Source: Patescibacteria group bacterium (GTDB lineage Bacteria > Patescibacteriota > Minisyncoccia > UBA6257 > HR35). Taken from it: 32,000 nt of DNA. Shown here in pieces: positions 1 to 6,511 of the stretch. The stretch is from positions 6,760 to 38,759 of the forward strand of contig JAUQQN010000004.1 of the NCBI GenBank assembly GCA_030549845.1. Direction: 5' to 3'. The translations under genes and the position numbers were made by a program. Each line of letters starts with the position of its first letter. The stretch's first letter is position 1. Below the pieces are notes generated by a model. That model did not search any database and was not told the origin of the DNA. It saw only the letters and a list, made by a program, of their open reading frames with translations.

Positions 1-101
1 CTCATGCCTTCTCTATTTTCTATAACTCTTGGCACCCCAGCTTCAACAATTGCTGCTACTGAATTGGTTGTGCCTAAATCTATTCCGATTATCTTGGGCA
101 T
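1..101 (-). CDS. dnaK: Chaperone DnaK (Hsp70), N-terminal fragment; gene continues beyond the window edge
   Basis: The reverse complement of 1..101 reads ATG CCC AAG ATA ATC GGA ATA GAT TTA GGC ACA ACC AAT TCA... = [33 protein letters not shown]. This is the canonical Hsp70 phosphate-1 motif ([10 protein letters not shown]). The gene lies downstream of hrcA-grpE on the same strand. Confidence 0.9.
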   Translation of the reverse strand, partial: MPKIIGIDLGTTNSVAAIVEAGVPRVIENREGM

Positions 102-107
102 GGTTAA
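48..107. repeat. Copy A of an exact 60-bp direct repeat (grpE stop/TAACC/dnaK codons 1-18)
   Basis: Letter-by-letter comparison shows 48..107 is identical to 347..406 (offset 299 bp). The flanking bases differ on both sides (47 c vs 346 t; 108 a vs 407 t). Confidence 0.95.
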
Positions 108-124
108 ATTTCTTTGCTAATTAA

Positions 125-400
125 TTAAGTATTAAGGCATTTAAAAATGCTGAAAAATAAAGGATTTTTAAAACATACAGCATTTAAGTGATTTAGCATT
201 TGATTTAACAAACATCTAAAAGCTAAAGTATAGCCTCCTAAAACTTTGCCTAACGTTGGAGTCTTTACTTCCATTTGCTTCTTCAAATTATTAAAAATCT
301 CCTTAAATAAAGGGATTTTTGCATTTTTAAAATATTTATTCTTGTTAATTGCTGCTACTGAATTGGTTGTGCCTAAATCTATTCCGATTATCTTGGGCAT
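125..400 (-). CDS. Chimeric ORF: first 18 codons of dnaK fused to 73 unrelated codons (product of a duplication or insertion); coding status uncertain
   Basis: The ORF-track translation starts [18 protein letters not shown], identical to the dnaK start, and then diverges (NKNKYFKNAK...) with no motif I recognise. Its start has the same TAA-CC-ATG junction to the grpE stop that an ancestral dnaK start would have had. Confidence 0.3.
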   Translation of the reverse strand: MPKIIGIDLGTTNSVAAINKNKYFKNAKIPLFKEIFNNLKKQMEVKTPTLGKVLGGYTLAFRCLLNQMLNHLNAVCFKNPLFFSIFKCLNT

Positions 401-406
401 GGTTAA
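347..406. repeat. Copy B of the exact 60-bp direct repeat
   Basis: Identical to 48..107. It includes the real grpE stop codon (403..405). Confidence 0.95.
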
Positions 407-933
407 TGAGAAATTACTATAACCTTTGCTGGCCTAATTAATTTTCCATTTAAAAGATATCCTTTTGTTAATACTTCCGCTATTATATTATCATCATTTT
501 TATCACAGCTTTCTTTTTCACATTTTTTAACACCAATTGCTTCGTGAAATACAGGATCAAATTTTTGATTTTCTGGATTTATTACTTCTAATCCATGATT
601 TTTTAATATATTCATAATTTGGGATTGGATTAATATGTATCCTTTACCTAAAGGAGATTCTTTTGCTTCTTCTGAAAGGTTAGAAATTGCAAGATCAAGA
701 CTATCAATTACAGGCAATAAATTTAATATTAATTCTTCATTTGCATATTTTATAAACTCTTGGATTTTTTCTTCAACTTGTTTTTTATAACTTAAAAGAT
801 CTGCTTTTGCTCTTTTTAAACTTTCCAAATAACTTTCTTTTTCTTTTTCCAATTTCTTAATAACTTCGTGAAGTTCCTTTATTGTTTCGCTTTCTTGTGG
901 TAATTTTTCAAAATTCTCTCTTTCTTCGCTCAT
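403..933 (-). CDS. grpE: Nucleotide exchange factor GrpE
   Basis: 176 aa with a coiled-coil N-terminal part (KELHEVIKKLEKEKESYLESLKRAKADLLSYKK). The C-terminus is typical of GrpE (FDPVFHEAIG ... GYLLNGKLIRPAKVIV). It sits between hrcA and dnaK. Confidence 0.9.
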   Translation of the reverse strand: MSEERENFEKLPQESETIKELHEVIKKLEKEKESYLESLKRAKADLLSYKKQVEEKIQEFIKYANEELILNLLPVIDSLDLAISNLSEEAKESPLGKGYILIQSQIMNILKNHGLEVINPENQKFDPVFHEAIGVKKCEKESCDKNDDNIIAEVLTKGYLLNGKLIRPAKVIVISH

Positions 934-1592
934 TTGAAGGTGTGTTCAATTAATTTTACTAAATAAGGATAATTAATTCTTTTTAATGCAAGGAAGCAAA
1001 TAAATTTGTTAGAAAATCTTTTGGCAATAAATGAAAAAGGAGTAGATTCTTTTCCGTTTAATGGGAACTCTTTACCTATATAAAGAACAAGGGATTCATC
1101 TTTATACTTTCTGGATAATTGATCTAAGTATTTTTTAGCTTTAGTTAAAAATACAGCAAAGTCAGCAATATTTTCATTTTTTCTAAATTCTCTATTTTTT
1201 AATATATTCTCTAAACCTCCTTCTACCATATGTCCGTCGCTTTCTCTAAGAATATAATAAATTTTCAGCAATGAAGAAAGAAACATAATTTTACCAATCA
1301 AACTCATACTTTTTATCGTTCGCAATTCTTCATCATTTAAAATTATGTTATCAATATTCCACCTTAAAAAACACCTCCATCCATAATCTGTTGGCCTTCT
1401 CCCACAATAATTTTTCACATTTTCAAGTAGTCTTTCTTTAGAAAGTTTATTTAAATACAACCTAATAGTAGAATCGCCCAAATCCTCAAAAAATCTTTTT
1501 TTCAAAATCTTGGAACCAACAGGCTTTCCGCTTTCTAAATGCAATTCAACACATCTTATAAATACTTCTTTTTTAAGATCATTCCTTAACAT
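930..1592 (-). CDS. hrcA: Heat-inducible transcription repressor HrcA, short form (220 aa)
   Basis: The N-terminal winged-helix pattern matches HrcA (ESGKPVGSKILKK...GDSTIRLYLNKLSKERLLE....GRRPTDYGWRCFL; compare canonical GEPVGS...S.ATIRNEM..LE..G.L......GR.PT..GYR.Y). The position upstream of grpE-dnaK and a CIRCE element upstream of the operon agree. It is about one third shorter than typical HrcA. Confidence 0.7.
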   Translation of the reverse strand: MLRNDLKKEVFIRCVELHLESGKPVGSKILKKRFFEDLGDSTIRLYLNKLSKERLLENVKNYCGRRPTDYGWRCFLRWNIDNIILNDEELRTIKSMSLIGKIMFLSSLLKIYYILRESDGHMVEGGLENILKNREFRKNENIADFAVFLTKAKKYLDQLSRKYKDESLVLYIGKEFPLNGKESTPFSFIAKRFSNKFICFLALKRINYPYLVKLIEHTFK

Positions 1593-1604
1593 ATATTTTT
1601 AGTT

Positions 1605-2021
1605 TTATTCAACTTTAATTTCTTTTCCTCTTTCTTCTTTTTCTACTGGCTTAGGAAATGTAACCTTTAAAATTCCTTCTTCTAATTTTGCCTTAGCTTT
1701 GTCAGGATTTACAACATAAGGAAGTGAAATTATTTTTTTGAAACTCCCTCTTCTGATTTCTTTTCTATAATAATTTCCTTCTTTTTCTTCCTTTCTTTCT
1801 TCTTTTTTAGCTTCAATAATAAGTTGATCTTCATCGACTCTTATTTTTATATCTTCTGATTTAAACCCTGGGACTCCTACTTCAACTACTAATTCCTTGT
1901 CAGTTTCATACATATCAACAGGAATATCAGAAAACTTAAAAGTGGGAACTAATGCTGGGAAAAATTCTTCTGAGAAAAATTTTTCAATTTCTCTAAATGG
2001 ATCCCATCTGATTATTGCCAT
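1605..2021 (-). CDS. Small heat-shock protein, Hsp20/alpha-crystallin family
   Basis: 138 aa. It has an alpha-crystallin domain pattern (VDMYETDKELVVEVGVPGFKSEDIKIRVDEDQLIIEA ... RRGSFKKIISLPYVVNPDKAKAKLEEGILKVTFPK). Confidence 0.9.
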   Translation of the reverse strand: MAIIRWDPFREIEKFFSEEFFPALVPTFKFSDIPVDMYETDKELVVEVGVPGFKSEDIKIRVDEDQLIIEAKKEERKEEKEGNYYRKEIRRGSFKKIISLPYVVNPDKAKAKLEEGILKVTFPKPVEKEERGKEIKVE

Positions 2022-2084
2022 TTTTTAATTTATATCCTTAATTCGACCTAACTTTATATTTTTTATTAACATAATTCTAATATA

Positions 2085-2122
2085 ATTATAGAAAATTAGC
2101 ATCCAAAAATCAAGGGTGCTAA
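2085..2122 (-). promoter_or_regulatory. CIRCE-like HrcA operator (2096..2122) overlapping a sigma-70-type promoter (-35 at 2108..2113, -10 at 2085..2090) for hsp20-hrcA-grpE-dnaK
   Basis: The plus strand reads TTAGCATCC-AAAAATCAA-GGGTGCTAA, versus the CIRCE consensus TTAGCACTC-N9-GAGTGCTAA. The arms are complementary at 8 of 9 positions with a 9-nt spacer. The minus strand reads TTGATT-N17-TATAAT, with the -35 inside the CIRCE. The element lies about 75-100 nt upstream of the hsp20 ATG. Confidence 0.75.
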
Positions 2123-3375
2123 TTTTCAATTTTTTCAATTTTTGCTCCTATTTTTTTCAATTTCTCTACCAAATTTTCGTATCCTCTCTCTATTTTCTCT
2201 GCTTCATAAATTATTGTTTCTCCTTCTGCAATTAAACCCGCAATTACTAACGCTGCACCAGCTCTTATATCCAAAGATCTTATTTCCTTTCCTTTTAGTG
2301 CTGATGGGCCTATGATTAATGCTCGGTGAGGATCTAAAATTTCTGCATTTGCTCCCATATAAACTAATTCATTTATATAAGAAAATCTATTTTCATACAT
2401 CCAATCATGAATCAAAGTAACTCCTTCAGCTTGAGTAGCTAAAGCTCCAAATGGTGGTTGTAAGTCTGATGGAAATTTCGGATATAAACCAACCTGGATC
2501 TTTGTACTTTTTAAATTGTTATTTTTATAAATTTTAATTTTTTTATCAAGAACTTCGTACTTAAAACCCATTTCCTTCATAACAATAAATACAGAATCTA
2601 ATTCATATGGATTTATATTTTTTATTAGTAAATTACTTTTAGTTGCTCCTGCTAAAGCTATAAAAGTACCTGCTTCGATGGGATCTGGAGGGATTTTGAA
2701 TTCTACTTTTTTTCTAAAGTTTTTTGGACCCACGATTTCTAAAAATGGAGTTCCTATTCCTTTTATTTTTACACCTAATTTTTGCAAAAATTTACAAACG
2801 CTTACTACACTCGGTTCTGTTGCAGCTAATCTTATTTTAATTGGTTTAGTACTAAATGCAGAAAAAAGAAGTAAAGTTTCTGTTGCTGTTACGCTACTTT
2901 CTTTTAAAATGACTGTATCATTTTCTAATCTTTTAAATTTACCAGTTAAAACCTCACCAGAAGAAAATTCACATCCTAATTCTGAAAGAGAGTTTAAATG
3001 AACATTTATTGATCTTGCTCCAATTATATCTCCCCCTGGTCTTGCAATTTTAATTTCATGAAATAATCCAAGCAGTGGACCTAATAAAACTATTGAAGCT
3101 CTAAGCTTTTTAACTTCTTCTATATTCAAATCTTTGTTTTTAATCTGGGAGCTATCTATAATTAACTTATTATTTTCCCATATCACTTTACAATTTAAAT
3201 ACTTTAAAATATCTAAAAGCCAAAGTACATCTAATATTTTGGGTACATTGTATAAAACATTAATCCCTCTATTTATTAAACTTCCAGCGATAATTTTTAA
3301 GGCTGTATTTTTAGATCCTGATACTTTTATTTCTCCTTCTAATTTTCTGCCTCCTTTAATTACTAAAATGCTCAT
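2119..3375 (-). CDS. murA: UDP-N-acetylglucosamine 1-carboxyvinyltransferase MurA (Asp at the active-site Cys position)
   Basis: 418 aa. The N-terminus is LVIKGGRKLEGEIKVSGSKNTALKIIAGSL. The active-site loop RPGGDIIGARSINVH aligns to E. coli LPGGCTIGARPVDLH. Confidence 0.92.
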   Translation of the reverse strand: MSILVIKGGRKLEGEIKVSGSKNTALKIIAGSLINRGINVLYNVPKILDVLWLLDILKYLNCKVIWENNKLIIDSSQIKNKDLNIEEVKKLRASIVLLGPLLGLFHEIKIARPGGDIIGARSINVHLNSLSELGCEFSSGEVLTGKFKRLENDTVILKESSVTATETLLLFSAFSTKPIKIRLAATEPSVVSVCKFLQKLGVKIKGIGTPFLEIVGPKNFRKKVEFKIPPDPIEAGTFIALAGATKSNLLIKNINPYELDSVFIVMKEMGFKYEVLDKKIKIYKNNNLKSTKIQVGLYPKFPSDLQPPFGALATQAEGVTLIHDWMYENRFSYINELVYMGANAEILDPHRALIIGPSALKGKEIRSLDIRAGAALVIAGLIAEGETIIYEAEKIERGYENLVEKLKKIGAKIEKIEN

Positions 3376-4415
3376 TTTAATTTATCTAAAATAAATATTA
3401 AAACTCCCAAAATTGCCCCTATAAAATTTATAACCCAGAATTTAAAAACAATATTTGCCTCATGTAATCCTAAGGCCTCAAAATGGTGGTGGATTGGTGT
3501 AGAAATAAATATTTTTCTTTTTAAAAATCTTTTGTAGGTAACTTGTAAAATTACTGAACCAGATTCTAAAATAAAAACTGGGGCCAAAAGAGGCAATAAA
3601 AGATAAACACCTTCCAATAAAGAAACTATTGCTATATAGCTTCCTAATGCCATTGATCCTGTATCGCCCATAAAAATTTTTGCTGGATAAATATTAAACC
3701 ATAAGAAGCATAATATTGCACCTAAAATCACTACAGAAAGTGCAGTTAAATTATAATGTCCATTTATAAAAGAAATTATAGCTAAAGCTCCTATAATTGA
3801 TAAAGAAACTCCTCCTAAAAGTCCGTCTAGACCATCTGTTTCATTGGCAGAAAAAGACACTGCTATCACATAAAAAATTAAAAAAATAAAAAAGATGGCT
3901 ATATGTAGATAAATCCTTCCCCAAAATGGAACATATAAATATCTAATGCCTAATTTTGCTGTGAGCCACCAAGCAACAACTAACGAAAACGCAAAGTATA
4001 TTATTAACTTTTCTTGTATTGAAAGGCCTTTCTTTTTTCTAAAATTTACAATACCCAAAATATCATCTATTAGACCTACTATCCCTCCTAAAATTAAAAA
4101 ACCTAGAGGAAGAAAAGTTTCTTTTCTATTTAAAAAATTGATCCATTGATAGAAGTCAGGAGTTAAAAAATTAAAAATATAAAGTAAAAGCAAAAGTAAT
4201 GGCGGGGTTAACCAAAAAATAACTCCTCCCATAGTTAGAGTTCCTGATTTTTTACTATGAAGAGATTGAAATACAGGAGCATTTTCTTTTGCAATTTCTT
4301 TTTTTATCTTCAATTTATTTAATAAATGAATGATCAAAGGAAAAATTAAAAAACTCAGTAAAAAACTAAAGATGCCCAATGTAATTATTTTTATTATCAA
4401 AAGTTGTAATTCCAT
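3372..4415 (-). CDS. mraY: Phospho-N-acetylmuramoyl-pentapeptide transferase MraY
   Basis: 347-aa polytopic membrane protein carrying the MraY signatures NETDGLDGL, MGDTGS and PIHHHFE. Confidence 0.92.
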   Translation of the reverse strand: MELQLLIIKIITLGIFSFLLSFLIFPLIIHLLNKLKIKKEIAKENAPVFQSLHSKKSGTLTMGGVIFWLTPPLLLLLLYIFNFLTPDFYQWINFLNRKETFLPLGFLILGGIVGLIDDILGIVNFRKKKGLSIQEKLIIYFAFSLVVAWWLTAKLGIRYLYVPFWGRIYLHIAIFFIFLIFYVIAVSFSANETDGLDGLLGGVSLSIIGALAIISFINGHYNLTALSVVILGAILCFLWFNIYPAKIFMGDTGSMALGSYIAIVSLLEGVYLLLPLLAPVFILESGSVILQVTYKRFLKRKIFISTPIHHHFEALGLHEANIVFKFWVINFIGAILGVLIFILDKLK

Positions 4416-4417
4416 TT

Positions 4418-5290
4418 TTATGATTGATTTTTATAAAAATCTTCTAAAACTTTTAATATATACTCCCCATCTCGAAAACGGTCATTTGAATTTAAGAGTC
4501 CTATAAATATTAATGGCGATTTAGGAAACTTTACTATCATAATCAAACATTGCCCTGCTTCTTCTGTAAAACCGGTTTTGCTCCCTAAAATATTTTCATC
4601 ATATTTATAAATTAATTGATTGGTATTATATAAAATCCTGTTAAACTTTCCTTTCAAGGTAAAACTTTTATCTTTAGAAAAAAAGAATATCTCAGGATAA
4701 TTTGACAAAATATACTCACTTAAATAATAAAGATCATTTAAAGAAGAAATATTTTTATTAGAAAGACCAGTCACATCATCAAAATTTGTGTCACTTAAAT
4801 TTAAGGATTTAGCAAGATTGTTCATTTTTTTAACAAATTCATTTTCTGAAATCTTTGAAGCAATAAGTAATGCAGATGCATTTGAAGAAGATATCAACAT
4901 TGATTTTATTAAATCATTCCTATTAAATTCTTCCCCTGGCTTAAATTCTATCTGTGCTTCATAAAAATTAAAATTTTTAGGTACTTTAAATTTCTCTTCT
5001 TCATCAAAGGTAGTATAAGTTACTAAAGCAGTCATTATTTTTGTCAGAGAGGCTATTGGTCTTTTTTCTTTTATATTTCTAGAATAAAGAATAGGGCCTT
5101 TTATTTCTTTTATTAAAACATTTTTTGCTGAGATTTTGTTTTCATCAATTTTTAACAAATTGATCTTTTGCAGTTCTTCTTCTTTTATCAAAGGAGTGGT
5201 AGTATTATTTAAATTATTTACAGTTAGAAAAACATTAGAGGGTGTTAATAATTGCTTGATGAATTCAAAAAAAATTAAAAATTCTACCAT
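4418..5290 (-). CDS. D-alanyl-D-alanine carboxypeptidase (peptidase S11, PBP5-like)
   Basis: All three penicillin-binding motifs occur in the correct order: SxxK (ASLTK), SxN (SSSNAS) and KTG (SKTGFT). Confidence 0.85.
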   Translation of the reverse strand: MVEFLIFFEFIKQLLTPSNVFLTVNNLNNTTTPLIKEEELQKINLLKIDENKISAKNVLIKEIKGPILYSRNIKEKRPIASLTKIMTALVTYTTFDEEEKFKVPKNFNFYEAQIEFKPGEEFNRNDLIKSMLISSSNASALLIASKISENEFVKKMNNLAKSLNLSDTNFDDVTGLSNKNISSLNDLYYLSEYILSNYPEIFFFSKDKSFTLKGKFNRILYNTNQLIYKYDENILGSKTGFTEEAGQCLIMIVKFPKSPLIFIGLLNSNDRFRDGEYILKVLEDFYKNQS

Positions 5291-5314
5291 TATTAGTATA
5301 ATTTTAAATAAAAT

Positions 5315-5692
5315 ATGAGAAAATTAAAAGATAAAAGTTCAAAAGGTAAACGATTAGAAAAATTTTTTTCTTTAAAGCTAAAAGAGCTTTTCCCCTCAAG
5401 TGAAACAGAAATAAAACCAAGGATAATTAACTTGAGAAAAGATTTTTGGGGTTTATTTGATGGCTTGACTTTTATAAAATCTAAAAGAAAATATATATTC
5501 TGGCAAATAAAAGGTAAAAAACTATCATCCAATGAAATAAAACATTTTTGGAAGCAATCTAAAATTTTTCAGACTGCAGATATTTTAATTCTTTTAATAG
5601 AAAAAACTCACTCTGGTTGGAAGATTTTTTACAACAATAAAAAATACGTGACCAAAATAGAAGAAATTAAAAATATCTTAAATTTACAGTAG
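5315..5692 (+). CDS. Hypothetical protein, possible PD-(D/E)xK nuclease fold (Hjc/endonuclease-like)
   Basis: 125 aa. The pattern GKRLEKFF..LKELF ... DFWGLFDGL ... YIFWQIKGKK resembles G..E...L / D / (E/Q)xK of restriction-endonuclease-fold resolvases. This is motif-level evidence only. The opposite-strand ORF 5293..5532 is judged a shadow ORF. Confidence 0.45.
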   Translation: MRKLKDKSSKGKRLEKFFSLKLKELFPSSETEIKPRIINLRKDFWGLFDGLTFIKSKRKYIFWQIKGKKLSSNEIKHFWKQSKIFQTADILILLIEKTHSGWKIFYNNKKYVTKIEEIKNILNLQ

Positions 5693-5696
5693 GAAT

Positions 5697-5963
5697 TTAT
5701 TTATTTTTAGTTTGTACCTTCAAAGAAATTGCAGCTCCAACTGCTCCTCCTATGCTCTTTAAGATCTGCCTTATAGCATTTACAGTTTGGCCTTTTCTTC
5801 CTATCACCAAAGCTAATACTTCCTTAGGTCCATTTACTTCAACAAGCACTCCTCTTTCATCAATTTTTGCATCAATTTCTAGCTGGTTAACCTTTGATTC
5901 ATCAATCCACAAAGAAAGGAGCCTCTGGAGCCTCTTTTTGATTTCCTCTAATTTTTCGCTCAT
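5697..5963 (-). CDS. KH-domain RNA-binding protein (UPF0109/YlqC-like)
   Basis: 88 aa. The KH GxxG loop and its context are present: VIGRKGQTVNAIRQILKSIG. Confidence 0.8.
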   Translation of the reverse strand: MSEKLEEIKKRLQRLLSLWIDESKVNQLEIDAKIDERGVLVEVNGPKEVLALVIGRKGQTVNAIRQILKSIGGAVGAAISLKVQTKNK

Positions 5964-6511
5964 TTTTTTATATTCTTAATTTTCGACCAATTACTTTAAT
6001 TCATGAGATAAGAAGAGATTTTAACAAAATATTTTTCAAATTGCAAGATCTCACAATAAGATTCTCTGGCTATTTTAAAATCGCTAGAACTATCAGAAAA
6101 AATATTAACATAAAAATCTCTCTTGTGTATTTTCTGTTTTAAATTTTGTAATCAGCCTTGCCATTTGTGTATTTTAGCTTTATTTTTAATAAATAAGCAA
6201 AATGTTTTAGGGGTAGTAGCTCTGTGTTGCCTTTTATTATGCTTTTTAAGATCTCTTATACTTTTGTTTTTTTTATTGTCCTGATAATTATTAAAAAAAT
6301 TTGAAATCATATCATAATATTCGTATTGTTTGCTACTCAAAGTCTTAACAATTTTCCTTTAAAAAATATGCCATAAATAAATATTTTTAGGATTGTCAAT
6401 TTGTAAAATTAATTTTTAAATCCAATAAAACGTTTTTGTCTACTAGCTTACACTTCTCATTTTAACGAAATATCTAGTTGATATTTATGGTTAAAATTCA
6501 TTCTACAATTG

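Noticed and set aside
108-346. The 239-bp segment between the 60-bp repeats as a group I/II intron, MITE or IS remnant. It contains a small palindrome GCATTTAAAAATGC and an AAATAAAGG(G)ATTTTT direct repeat.
   Set aside because: I could see no terminal inverted repeats, no intron core structures and no transposase fragment. The palindrome is AT-rich and short. The nature of the insert is left open in the corresponding finding.
2678-3394. Plus-strand ORFs 2678..3001 and 3134..3394 lie antisense to murA. Similar antisense ORFs occur at 3946..4149, 5136..5318, 5293..5532, 5752..5979, 7862..8062, 10079..10300, 11945..12202, 15712..15915 and 27349..27711.
   Set aside because: Each lies entirely within, and opposite to, a confidently identified conserved gene. 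They have low-complexity F/L/I/K-rich translations typical of shadow ORFs in AT-rich DNA, and no motifs.
6152-6340. A 62-codon minus-strand ORF in the long spacer (MSSKQYEYYDMISNFF...KKHNKRQHRATTPK).
   Set aside because: It has a TTG start, no SD, a low-complexity basic composition and no recognisable motif. That is not enough to call a gene. It is noted under the long-spacer finding.
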